A stretch of DNA of 64,000 bases. Origin: an uncultured candidate division WWE3 bacterium. GTDB lineage: Bacteria > Patescibacteriota > WWE3 > UBA101185 > UBA10185. Under the pieces are notes generated by a model. The model ran no database searches. It was not told the DNA's origin and saw only the letters and a program-made list of their open reading frames with translations. This document shows positions 9,760-18,843 of the stretch, piece after piece (within the stretch, counting starts at the first letter, position 1; every line of letters starts with the position of its first letter). The stretch covers positions 32,505 through 96,504 of the forward strand of contig CAIRNR010000006.1 of assembly GCA_903879985.1 (NCBI GenBank), given 5' to 3'. The position numbers and the translations under genes are program-made.

Positions 9760-10899
9760 ATGTTAGAAAACAATATTATCAACTCATTTAATGAATTTTT
9801 AACTTACTACGACGCATCCTCAAAGGATGAGCTTTGGAAAAATCAAAGCATAATTTTCCATAATTACTGGACAAGCAAAATCTTAAACAACAGTGATGAA
9901 TTAAACGACTTCGAAACTGATGAAATTGTTAAAATATTAGACAGAAACGGAAAAGGTAATACACACTCTAGTGATGCCATAGCCAAGGCTATGATACCTC
10001 AAGGCGCCTGGAGAAGGATGTTTAATGAAATTAAAAGCGAAGCTAGACTAAAGGAATTATTGAACAATATCTTCTCTGAAAACGATAACTCCAAGAAAAT
10101 TGAATATGTAAATCAATTATATAAATACAACGAAAAAAATAGAAATAGCCTAACAGGTAATAGCGGTACAGCAATAAATTGTATGGTTGCAGCTTGGGAC
10201 CCATTTAAAAACATAAGTGCTGTTTCTCTCAAGCATAGAAAGAAAATTTTTGAATTTCTGCAACTATCGGGGCTTGATTTTGATGAAGATACTCAAGGAA
10301 AAAAGATTGTAGTATCCAACGAACTAATATTAGGTTTTTTTGAAAACAAGGGCATAACAGCATCGGCAAGAACAATTTCTGCCTTCCTCTACAGTGACCC
10401 CATTAAAAAATTATGGGAAATAGACACAGGTGACGAAATTGTTCCTTATACAGAAGAAATACCCATATCCGAAACTGAGGGAACGACAAATCCTTCAATA
10501 TTTTATATGGAAAGCCAACTTGAGGATTTCATTATAGAAAACTGGGACAATACAGAATTAGGTAAAAGTTACGATTTGATTGAAGAAGAGGGTGAAATTG
10601 TAAGCCAACAATATCGCACACCAATAGGCATAATTGATATATTAGTTAAAGAAAAGAAAACAGACCGCTATGTCGTGATTGAACTAAAGAGGGATCAAAC
10701 TAGCGACTCTACTGTAGGTCAGTTAGCACGATACATGGGTTGGATTGAAGAAAATAAAGGCAAAGGCTTGCCACCCAAAGGTATCATCATCACTGCCAAA
10801 TATGACGAGAAATTGTTTTATGCACTTAAAAAAATCAAGGACACCGAAATTTATTTATACGAGGTTAAGTTTAAATTAAACGAATTCAAAAAATCCTAA
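9760..10899 (+). CDS. NucS-like PD-(D/E)XK domain protein with a different N-terminal domain
   Basis: ESQLEDFI..NW, G.IDIL, VIELKR, VGQL.RYMG. Confidence 0.8.
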   Translation: MLENNIINSFNEFLTYYDASSKDELWKNQSIIFHNYWTSKILNNSDELNDFETDEIVKILDRNGKGNTHSSDAIAKAMIPQGAWRRMFNEIKSEARLKELLNNIFSENDNSKKIEYVNQLYKYNEKNRNSLTGNSGTAINCMVAAWDPFKNISAVSLKHRKKIFEFLQLSGLDFDEDTQGKKIVVSNELILGFFENKGITASARTISAFLYSDPIKKLWEIDTGDEIVPYTEEIPISETEGTTNPSIFYMESQLEDFIIENWDNTELGKSYDLIEEEGEIVSQQYRTPIGIIDILVKEKKTDRYVVIELKRDQTSDSTVGQLARYMGWIEENKGKGLPPKGIIITAKYDEKLFYALKKIKDTEIYLYEVKFKLNEFKKS

Positions 10900-11024
10900 G
10901 AAACTTTAAAATTTAGTTACAACCATTTATAGATCCGTAAAACAGCATAATCAATGTAATTTTCTTATTCCAATGCTACCATTACTAGTATCGCTAATTG
11001 TTTTGTACACAATAGGATCACTTT

Positions 11025-12140
11025 ATGGCCATAGTGTATAACCAAATAGGTTCATTAACTGAGTTATTAAACAGATGTAGAGAAAAAGGGATTACATTCG
11101 ACTCCATGGAGCAGGTAGAGGAATTTTTAAACAGCTACCATGAAAATATAAAAGTCGCCGCCGAAAAAGCAGAAGAAAACTTCAATAAAACCATAGGAGA
11201 GGCTAACAACACACTGAATATCGCCGTGGAAAATTATGAGGTAGAAAAGAAAGCTATAGTTGCTTTAATTGATAACAAATTAGCAGCTTTGTCTGTTGCA
11301 ATAGCTACGTCACAAAGTACCACCACAAATCCTATTAGCAAAATATTGAATAATCTACGTGTTAATAAATATACACAGGCGCGAGTCAAACTAGAAAACA
11401 ATTATGATGCTGAAATCGAAAAACATCTTAAAATATTCACTGAAGAAATCAACAATGCAAGATCAGACCTTAACTATAAACTTATTAATCACGATATCTT
11501 GACCACTAAATATAAAGACGACTACATAAACAAGCTACAGCATACTTATGAAATTTTAATGGAAAATGGTGCTTTCCTTTACGGTGCTAAAGGCGAACAC
11601 ATGGCCTTAATAGAGCTTAAAAAACTCCCTGACACATATACTGTTATTAACAATGCCTGCTTCAACTTTCGACCGGGAATTCATGATAAAGGAAACAATG
11701 ATTGGATATATTCCGCACAAATTGATCACGTTGTAGTAGGACCAACAGGTATTTTTCTTATAGAAACTAAGAATTGGCGCCAAGAATCTACAACCAATAA
11801 AGATTTCTTTTCTCCGGTTAAACAAATTAATCGCTCGGGACTTGCTATATACGTGCGTCTAAATAATGCAATTAAAGATGGATATTTAATAAGCTTCAAC
11901 ATTCAGTGGGGGACACAAAAGATAACCATGAAAAAGTTGGTATTATTAACAGGTTACAGTCAAAGCGACGAATACGATTTTGTTAAATTAGTAACATTAA
12001 GGGATTTAAGATCGTATATTACTTACGGTAAACTCGTTTATAACGAGACACAAATTAAGGATATTGTGAGGTTCTTTCGTGAAGAGGGCTACGGGAATAA
12101 TACTTCAAGGTCAATCGGAATGGGCGATTTTAGGAGGTGA
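11025..12140 (+). CDS. NERD-domain protein with N-terminal coiled coil
   Basis: GAKGE, QIDHVVVGPTGIFLIETKNW, SPVKQ. Confidence 0.85.
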   Translation: MAIVYNQIGSLTELLNRCREKGITFDSMEQVEEFLNSYHENIKVAAEKAEENFNKTIGEANNTLNIAVENYEVEKKAIVALIDNKLAALSVAIATSQSTTTNPISKILNNLRVNKYTQARVKLENNYDAEIEKHLKIFTEEINNARSDLNYKLINHDILTTKYKDDYINKLQHTYEILMENGAFLYGAKGEHMALIELKKLPDTYTVINNACFNFRPGIHDKGNNDWIYSAQIDHVVVGPTGIFLIETKNWRQESTTNKDFFSPVKQINRSGLAIYVRLNNAIKDGYLISFNIQWGTQKITMKKLVLLTGYSQSDEYDFVKLVTLRDLRSYITYGKLVYNETQIKDIVRFFREEGYGNNTSRSIGMGDFRR

Positions 12141-12588
12141 TAAAGTAGAATAAATACAGCCCTGCTCCCTAAACTTTATAACGATTATTGAAAAAATTGC
12201 GGAATACACTGAAACAAGAAATTCACTTGCAGAATTGTTACTTAAAGGAATTTTTGTTGGTGTAGTTGAAGATATATGCAGAGGAACATTCACTATAGAA
12301 AAGCTAAAAGAAAATCGATACGTATCATCACGTTTCGTTAAAAAGTGGGAAACTATTTCAAGAGAGTATACCTGTAACCCTAAGATTTCAATTCCATACG
12401 AGGTTAAGGAATTAATCAACCAACAGGCTGAAGTTACTACTTTAAACGACAATATTTTTAAGGATTTTTATGTTACTGAAGAACTTCTTGAAAAACGCAC
12501 TAAACACTTGGTAACGATAAGCTACTATCTACATCTTGCTATGTAATACAGACGCATCCCACGTGAAAAACTATAATCTGGTAAAACT

Positions 12589-13188
12589 CTAATTCATTAC
12601 CTCTGCTTCAAAATAAACCTGCTTCTTGCATTTATCGCATAAAACAAGCCAACCCATTCTCCCGGCCAATTTCCACCAAGTCCAATCGGGACTCTTAAAA
12701 TAAATCACATCAAGTGAATCTAATCCTCTATTACAACCAGTACATTTTATGTCTTTGTGTTTTGGATCATTTTTAAAATCGTCTGCAGTTCTATAAACAT
12801 GCTTTGACGATTTTTCGTTTAGACAAGCAGAAACATCAGGCCATGGAAAAAATACGGTGTGATCGTAATCCTTATATTTAATGGCTTCCTTTTCATAGAA
12901 TTCTTTTATCTGTTTTTCGTCATGGGCTTTTGCTAACTGGCGCTGGTTTTTTTCCTCTTCCCAGGATTTTATAAAACTGGTTACACCTTCTGCGGTTACC
13001 AATACTTCCCTTGGTTTATTTCCACGAGACGGTCCAACAAACCCAGCTTCTTCCATTTCATCGATAATCCTGGCAGCTCGTGCGGATCCTATCGAGAGTT
13101 TTCTTACTAAAAGGTTTGGAGAAGCTTTTGCTGCGGAAACAACTATATTTAAGGCTAAATCGAATAACTCATCATAAGCATCAAACAT
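12589..13188 (-). CDS. FtsK gamma-domain protein fused to a Zn-ribbon
   Basis: DELF..A...V.....AS..LL.RKL.IG..RAARIIDEMEEAGFVGP..G.KPREVL; C-terminal CTGC...CDKC; ATG 13188 lies 6 nt after TATAAT. Confidence 0.8.
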   Translation of the reverse strand: MFDAYDELFDLALNIVVSAAKASPNLLVRKLSIGSARAARIIDEMEEAGFVGPSRGNKPREVLVTAEGVTSFIKSWEEEKNQRQLAKAHDEKQIKEFYEKEAIKYKDYDHTVFFPWPDVSACLNEKSSKHVYRTADDFKNDPKHKDIKCTGCNRGLDSLDVIYFKSPDWTWWKLAGRMGWLVLCDKCKKQVYFEAEVMN

Positions 13189-13227
13189 GGAGTAATTATA
13201 GTACAAATAGTTAGTTTATAAGGAATC

Positions 13228-13779
13228 TTAATTAGCCGACGTAGCCTTTTTAGCATTATACTCAACAGCAAACTGACTAAACTTCTCTCTGATACTTTTC
13301 ATATCGTATATTCCTAAATCCCATGAATCAAGCCCTCTTGCGTAGACTACATAGTTTGGATATTTCGTATTAAATTTTAGGTTACCATTCATTGGGTCTA
13401 CACCCCACCATTCATCTTTTATAAAACATTCAGCAAAAACATGTCCTCCGACTCTATCAGGATTGTCTGAAAAATAAGATTTAGAGATTACTTCAACATA
13501 CTTTGTGGGTATACCTTTGGCCCGTGCAATAGCTACAAACACAAGAGCAAAATCGGTGCAGCCAGTTGCAAAACCATCGTTTATTATTTGATCTGCGGTT
13601 CTTGTTCTAAAGATATCGTTTTTTTCAATACCATCTGGAGCAGGGTATTTAATATTTTTATTAACCCAGCGTAAAGCTTTAACAACAAATTCGAAATCAG
13701 TAACTTCAATAGAGTTAACTATTTCTGTAATTTTTGGTGTTATTTCAGTTTGTTTTCCTGCCTTTAAAAAGTTTTCCAT
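13228..13779 (-). CDS. Transglutaminase-like domain protein
   Basis: GCTDFA..F.A.AR..GIP, GHVFAE, W..VDP catalytic triad. Confidence 0.85.
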   Translation of the reverse strand: MENFLKAGKQTEITPKITEIVNSIEVTDFEFVVKALRWVNKNIKYPAPDGIEKNDIFRTRTADQIINDGFATGCTDFALVFVAIARAKGIPTKYVEVISKSYFSDNPDRVGGHVFAECFIKDEWWGVDPMNGNLKFNTKYPNYVVYARGLDSWDLGIYDMKSIREKFSQFAVEYNAKKATSAN

Positions 13780-13794
13780 AGCAGCAGTTTAGCC
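13742..13794. repeat. 53-bp direct repeat, copy 1 (promoter plus first codons of the transglutaminase gene)
   Basis: Matches 14314-14366 with 2 mismatches. Confidence 0.95.
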
Positions 13795-13841
13795 TATACT
13801 AAATAGTTCGAATATCCCAACAGGAATCTTACCAAGAAAAC

Positions 13842-14351
13842 CTAATTCTCTTTGAAACACTTAGCCATCTCGACCATTTCAATCTTTTCGTTATCCAAAG
13901 GAAACTCAATACTCTTAACTTTTTTAAAACCAAGGGACTCGTAAAAGGGAACAGCGTTTAAGGTTGCAAATAAAGAAATCTTTTCTTTGCGGTTATTTAT
14001 AAAGTCTCTCTCAATAAAAGAGTATAGAAACTTTCCATAACCTTTACCTTGAAAACTTGGATCTATTTGGATTTGATAAAGCTCTTCGCCGTCAAGGTCA
14101 TATTGGCAAAATCCAACAGTGCTGTTTGCTTCCTTTAGGACAAGCCACTTAGTGTTGCTAAACTGATCTAACACATTTTTTTCGTTTATTTGGTTTACCC
14201 ATTCTTTGACAACGTTTTCTGAGTAAGTTTTTGAATTAGTTTTTAAGATACAGTCTTTGTGAATGTTAACAATATCAGCAACGTCTTCTTTGGTTGCTTC
14301 TAAAAGATTGACCATTTCGGTTTGTTTTCCTGCCTTTAAAAAGTCTTCCAT
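13842..14351 (-). CDS. GNAT family N-acetyltransferase
   Basis: FQGKGYG acetyl-CoA motif, ATLNAVPFYESLGF. Confidence 0.9.
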   Translation of the reverse strand: MEDFLKAGKQTEMVNLLEATKEDVADIVNIHKDCILKTNSKTYSENVVKEWVNQINEKNVLDQFSNTKWLVLKEANSTVGFCQYDLDGEELYQIQIDPSFQGKGYGKFLYSFIERDFINNRKEKISLFATLNAVPFYESLGFKKVKSIEFPLDNEKIEMVEMAKCFKEN

Positions 14352-14366
14352 AGCAGCAGTTTAGCC
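14314..14366. repeat. 53-bp direct repeat, copy 2 (promoter plus first codons of the GNAT gene)
   Basis: Matches 13742-13794 with 2 mismatches. Confidence 0.95.
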
Positions 14367-14485
14367 CAAAGTCGCGGGTGTGTAAAAACCAAGACATGCA
14401 AACCGCACTGCTGGTTTGGAATACTAGCCAATACATGCTATAACTACGCCAACAAATCGAAACAATAGAGAGGAGAAAAAATACT

Positions 14486-15820
14486 ATGGACACGCTGAAG
14501 CCCAAAGATTGGCTTTTTCTTATTCCATTTCCAAACCAACCGTTTTTCTTGCTATACGCTCCCTTGCATGGCCTGGTAACAAAGTTATCTCCAGCAGGAG
14601 CTGAACAGCTGCAAAATTTGCTAGATACTGTTTCGGCTGGTGGTAGTAAAGCGGAATTTAACCCAGTTATGGTCAAGTTTCTTACAGATAATAATTTACT
14701 GTCGCTTCCGGCACACTGGGCTATACCCAATAAAGTATTGCCGGGTGAACAAGGAATTACGGTATCTTTGACCAATGACTGTAATCTTCGCTGTATTTAC
14801 TGCTACGCGGGGGCCGGTTGCGATACGATGACAATTCCCTATGACGTAGCAAAGAACGCAATAATTTATGGTTTGCGTTTAGCAAAGGCACGTGGAAGAG
14901 CCCATTTTAGGCTAACATTCCACGGGGGCGGTGAATCACTAAAGCGCAAAGATCTGCTCAAAAAATGTATCATTTTTGCACTGAAAGAAGCTAAGGCGCT
15001 TGGGCTAACGTTGCATGTGAGCATTGTAACTAATGCAACGCTTATTTCTGAAAGTTTTGCACGGTGGTTAAAAGCACACAGCGTTGATAACATCACCGTT
15101 TCACTAGATGGTGTAGCACCGGTACAGGATTTACAACGCCCTCTGGTAAACGGTAAAGGATCGTTTAAAGCCGCCATGTTGGGAATATCTAACCTCAAAA
15201 AAGTTGGCTTAGATTTCTCTATTCGTGCGACTGTTACCAGAAAGAGTGTGGAGGAAATGCCGAATTTTGTAAGATTCCTTGCACACGAAGTTCTTAATGG
15301 TGTAAACGGACTCGTACATTTCGAGCCTTTATCACTTTGTGGAAAGGCACGTGGAGCTACCCATTTAGACGTTGATCCGCAGCTCTTTGTAAAATATTAC
15401 ACTGAAGCGCGCAAGGTCGGGTTAGAGCTGGGTATTCGCATTGTCTGCACGTTAGATACTTTCCGCAAGGATAAATTGCAATTCTGTGGAGCAAGTACAG
15501 GTACCATGTTTTGTGTATGTCCGGATGGTTCCATTTCAGGGTGCTCGCGCGTTACAAAAAAGCAAGATCCCGGCGCGGAGTTGTTTTTCTATGGCAAATT
15601 CAAACCCGCCATAAAGCAACCTGAAATAGACCAAGATGCACAAGCACTTATAGCAAAACATGGTCAATTACCTGAAAAGCTATGTTCAACATGCTTCGCA
15701 AGGTGGAATTGCCAAGGATTCTGTCCGATTTCAAGATTCCTGGGCGAAGATACCTTTCAAGAGTCTTGTATAATTGTGAAGCAGATGCTTCTACAAGACA
15801 TGTTGTTAGAATTCTTATAG
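14486..15820 (+). CDS. Radical SAM/SPASM peptide maturase with probable N-terminal RRE
   Basis: CNLRCIYC, FHGGGE, TNATL, VSLDG; SPASM Cys (CGAS...GC, CSTC.....CQGFC...C); SD GAGAGGAG. Confidence 0.92.
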   Translation: MDTLKPKDWLFLIPFPNQPFFLLYAPLHGLVTKLSPAGAEQLQNLLDTVSAGGSKAEFNPVMVKFLTDNNLLSLPAHWAIPNKVLPGEQGITVSLTNDCNLRCIYCYAGAGCDTMTIPYDVAKNAIIYGLRLAKARGRAHFRLTFHGGGESLKRKDLLKKCIIFALKEAKALGLTLHVSIVTNATLISESFARWLKAHSVDNITVSLDGVAPVQDLQRPLVNGKGSFKAAMLGISNLKKVGLDFSIRATVTRKSVEEMPNFVRFLAHEVLNGVNGLVHFEPLSLCGKARGATHLDVDPQLFVKYYTEARKVGLELGIRIVCTLDTFRKDKLQFCGASTGTMFCVCPDGSISGCSRVTKKQDPGAELFFYGKFKPAIKQPEIDQDAQALIAKHGQLPEKLCSTCFARWNCQGFCPISRFLGEDTFQESCIIVKQMLLQDMLLEFL

Positions 15821-15836
15821 AAAGGAGAAAATAACA

Positions 15837-16016
15837 ATGGGTACCGATTTCACGCAAGTTGTTCGATGGCAACCTCGGTTAGCTGTAAACGCAAACTGCT
15901 CAGCTGAGACATGTCCCTCTGATGGAAAATGCTCTTCAGATGACAGTTCCGGTCATTCTTGCAGCGGCAACACTAACGACCCGTGTCCGCACGACAGTTC
16001 CTGTCCAAAAGACTAA
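15837..16016 (+). CDS. Putative RiPP precursor, 59 aa: MGTDFTQVVRWQPRLAVNANCSAETCPSDGKCSSDDSSGHSCSGNTNDPCPHDSSCPKD
   Basis: Translated by hand; SD AAAGGAG 9 nt upstream; 16 nt after the rSAM stop; six Cys in CxxD/E/N units; terminator follows. Confidence 0.85.
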   Translation: MGTDFTQVVRWQPRLAVNANCSAETCPSDGKCSSDDSSGHSCSGNTNDPCPHDSSCPKD

Positions 16017-16033
16017 CGACACCTGTCACAAAC

Positions 16034-16082
16034 AAAGGGACTACTTCTTATATACTTAGAAGTAGTCCCTTTACCTTTTTTT
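16034..16082 (+). terminator. Intrinsic terminator of the rSAM-peptide operon
   Basis: Perfect 15-bp stem AAAGGGACTACTTCT/AGAAGTAGTCCCTTT followed by a T-tract. Confidence 0.9.
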
Positions 16083-16101
16083 AATGAAAAATTGTGTTAA
16101 C

Positions 16102-16926
16102 TTAATATTTTATTTTATTGAGATAGTCTGTTGTCAATTTTTCGGGCTTATCTTTTTCCAAAACCTCTAAATACTTTGCAGGCAATAGCATATCTAAATC
16201 AGTTCCTACTAATGAATAATTCTGTATGTTTTCTTCTGAATGACTTAAATACACTACAAGTGCACGGATTATGGATTCCTCTACATAAGTACTTGGATCC
16301 GCGTATGATCCCAAAACTTCTTCTGGCATTTTTTTGAGATAATCAACTACATCTTCTGGAATGGTTAAGGTACATTTATCTAAATAGCTGTGAGTTAATT
16401 CGTGCAGTATTTGACTTAAATTTATTCCTTCTTTTTTCCATCCAACCATAATGTAATAACCATCTTTAGTTTTTATACATTTTCCTGATGTATCCCAATT
16501 TCTAGTTAAATAAAAAGTCTTAATATCAGGTTCGAAGTCGAAGTGATTTTTAAAAAGATTTTCTATATCACTAAAACGTTCTTCAAATTCGTTTAGGCGC
16601 TTATCAAAATCCGGTTCGTATTGTTTCCACAGATTTTGTAATTCCGGTAATAAAGATATTCGGTCAACATAATCTAAAACTTCTTTGGCAGGAAGCATAA
16701 ACTTACCGTTATCATCATAGCCAGCGGAGTTAAATATTCCCATAAGATAATGGTAGCTATGCATGGGCATATCCAGTTTTGGAGTTCCTGATTTCTCAAG
16801 TATTGCTACAACCTTATCTTTGAGTTCAGAAACCCAATCTTTGTAGCCAATAGTGCGATTATTAGCATAAAACATAGCACAGTACATGTGGAAATGTTTT
16901 TGTAACTTAACTGTTTTAAGTTCCAT
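16102..16926 (-). CDS. HEXXH zinc-metallopeptidase-like protein
   Basis: ILHELTHSY plus downstream EES; ATG 16926 lies 6 nt after TATCAT. Confidence 0.7.
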   Translation of the reverse strand: MELKTVKLQKHFHMYCAMFYANNRTIGYKDWVSELKDKVVAILEKSGTPKLDMPMHSYHYLMGIFNSAGYDDNGKFMLPAKEVLDYVDRISLLPELQNLWKQYEPDFDKRLNEFEERFSDIENLFKNHFDFEPDIKTFYLTRNWDTSGKCIKTKDGYYIMVGWKKEGINLSQILHELTHSYLDKCTLTIPEDVVDYLKKMPEEVLGSYADPSTYVEESIIRALVVYLSHSEENIQNYSLVGTDLDMLLPAKYLEVLEKDKPEKLTTDYLNKIKY

Positions 16927-17000
16927 ACCACCATGATACAACAAATGTGGGGTTTTGAACGATAAGCCCACCTCCGGCACCAAAATGCTAAACTACACGT

Positions 17001-17681
17001 ATGCTTAATCTAAATATTCAATATTCCTTAGAGAAAGATGCTGAAACTTACGTTAGCTACGTCTACCAATTTGAAGCTTTAGAACATGGCAGAGTAAACC
17101 CAAAAAAAGAATTACTCGAAAGACTTGATCAGGAATTACAAAATATTTTGGCTAACACAAAAGATAAGGAAACGGCATATACAGAGGTACTTTCTTACCT
17201 AACTAAAAAGAACTATGAAAACCCACAGTTGCTCAAAAATAGCATCAAAACCCTTGAAGACCGCTGGAACGCTGTAGGAAGCCAAGTAATTTATTCTTTA
17301 GAATTTTTATATAATAAACCCTTTCCGTTTGAAAACGTCACACTGTATTTAACAACCAATAATATATGTCCATATTCTTATGAAGATAAGTATTTCTTTG
17401 CAAACTACAAATATGCCTCAGAACAAATGGATATCGCAAAACATGAACTAAACCATTTTATGTTCTATTACTATTACGATTCATTAAGAAATAAACTGGA
17501 CTTAGAAAAATATGAGCTTCTTAAAGAAGCATTAACGCTTTTTTCAAGTCCTAACCAAACTGGAAAACCAAACGAACTTCCTTTAAGAAAGTTTTTTGAA
17601 ACAAAGTTATGGGCAAATCTTGATGAGGCTATTGCAGCTGGTTGTGATTTCCTATTAAAGTACTATCCTGAAGTCAAATAA
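17001..17681 (+). CDS. HEXXH zinc-metallopeptidase-like protein
   Basis: KHELNHFMF plus LKEAL third-ligand-like motif. Confidence 0.7.
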   Translation: MLNLNIQYSLEKDAETYVSYVYQFEALEHGRVNPKKELLERLDQELQNILANTKDKETAYTEVLSYLTKKNYENPQLLKNSIKTLEDRWNAVGSQVIYSLEFLYNKPFPFENVTLYLTTNNICPYSYEDKYFFANYKYASEQMDIAKHELNHFMFYYYYDSLRNKLDLEKYELLKEALTLFSSPNQTGKPNELPLRKFFETKLWANLDEAIAAGCDFLLKYYPEVK

Positions 17682-17782
17682 TAGGCAGGTACTGTAAGGA
17701 ATAAGGGAATTAAGCTGTAACAACGCAAAAGTTCCAAACACACAATACGCAAATAAAATACCAGTGTTATCATTAAAACCAG

Positions 17783-18163
17783 ATGCTCATATACAAATAC
17801 ATCGAAAACTACTTTGAAGATAATCCGGGTGCAGAAGCTTTCTGCGAGGAACACGACATAGTATATTTCACACCTACACCTGAGCGAAAAGCATGGCTTG
17901 AAAACTGGCTTAAAACTGCAAAACCTCCGATTATTGAATGTACGCCTGATGTTGTTTGCTATTGGAGATACTTTGGGGTTTGGGGAGAATATCACCCAAA
18001 CAATAATTCCATATCAATATGCCCAATTGAAATAGAAAAGGCCGGGGGTTTGGAGGAGGTTATTAGACACGAACTAGTGCACCTGCAACATCCTGAAGCT
18101 AACGATATGCCTCACGAGGAAAAAGAGGATTATATAAATAACGCAGGTAAAAGCAAAGAATAG
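17783..18163 (+). CDS. Minimal zincin-like (HEXXH) protein
   Basis: WGEY.....I.I....EEVIRHELVHL. Confidence 0.7.
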   Translation: MLIYKYIENYFEDNPGAEAFCEEHDIVYFTPTPERKAWLENWLKTAKPPIIECTPDVVCYWRYFGVWGEYHPNNNSISICPIEIEKAGGLEEVIRHELVHLQHPEANDMPHEEKEDYINNAGKSKE

Positions 18164-18323
18164 CCTAGTCTTCCTAAAGAGTTTTTTAATCGATGACTCT
18201 GCAAAAGTTCCAAACATCCTCCATAATCTCCCACCAGGCTTTTCAGCTTGGTATACCAACATTATTTTTATATACCCAACTAGGAATTTAGACCTATCCA
18301 CGACCAAACCACTACCCTATAGT

Positions 18324-18352
18324 TTGACTATTTACCCATTTTATCCTATAAT
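18324..18352 (+). promoter_or_regulatory. Sigma70-type promoter of the small-gene array
   Basis: TTGACT-17 nt-TATAAT. Confidence 0.8.
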
Positions 18353-18420
18353 TACATCATAAATCGTTATTAAACCGCACAATTATGACGGCTAATCAAA
18401 AATAAAAAGGGAGATAAAAA

Positions 18421-18681
18421 ATGGTACGCAACACAATGATGCTACCCAAAGTAATGGGCGATGAAACAACTGACACCAGAGATGCGTTGGAAAAACTGGG
18501 ATTCATCATAACCAACGACACATATTCCGACTCATACGAAGTGTTGGCACCGGAAGGTTGGACAATAGAATGGAAAGGTCGCGATGGCGCTGTTTTTAAT
18601 GAAAAACATGAGGCTGTTGTCTGGCTTTGGAGAAAAACGGATTTCTGGCAACCGATATTTACGATGCGTCTGCATCCCTAA
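18421..18681 (+). CDS. Small hypothetical protein (phage-like)
   Basis: SD AAGGGAG; L.KLGF...PEGW pattern. Confidence 0.75.
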   Translation: MVRNTMMLPKVMGDETTDTRDALEKLGFIITNDTYSDSYEVLAPEGWTIEWKGRDGAVFNEKHEAVVWLWRKTDFWQPIFTMRLHP

Positions 18682-18716
18682 GTCGCCAGAAATAAACAGA
18701 AGGATGTATATTTAGC

Positions 18717-18838
18717 ACAAGAGGCAAACAGTAGAAATCCTTACTGCTTTGCCTCCTAACTCAAGTTTATTTTTTTAAAGTAGATTTAAGTTAGGAAGTT
18801 TAACCGCATAAATGACTGCGGAATCATAATCAAAGGAG
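18717..18838 (+). repeat. Three-hairpin intergenic element, copy A
   Basis: GAGGCAAACAGTA/TACTGCTTTGCCTC; CCTAACTCAAG...TTTAAGTTAGG; CCGCA/TGCGG; SD; homologous to 19331-19449. Confidence 0.9.
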
Positions 18839-18843
18839 ACGAC

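Noticed and set aside
12111-12546. ORFs 12235-12546 (+) and 12111-12452 (-)
   Set aside because: No start signals or recognisable motifs; at most a decayed fragment
14275-14775. 166-aa minus-strand ORF and other antisense ORFs in the track (e.g. 29527-29961, 34846-35298, 46993-47490, 62623-63108)
   Set aside because: Shadows of well-supported genes on the opposite strand
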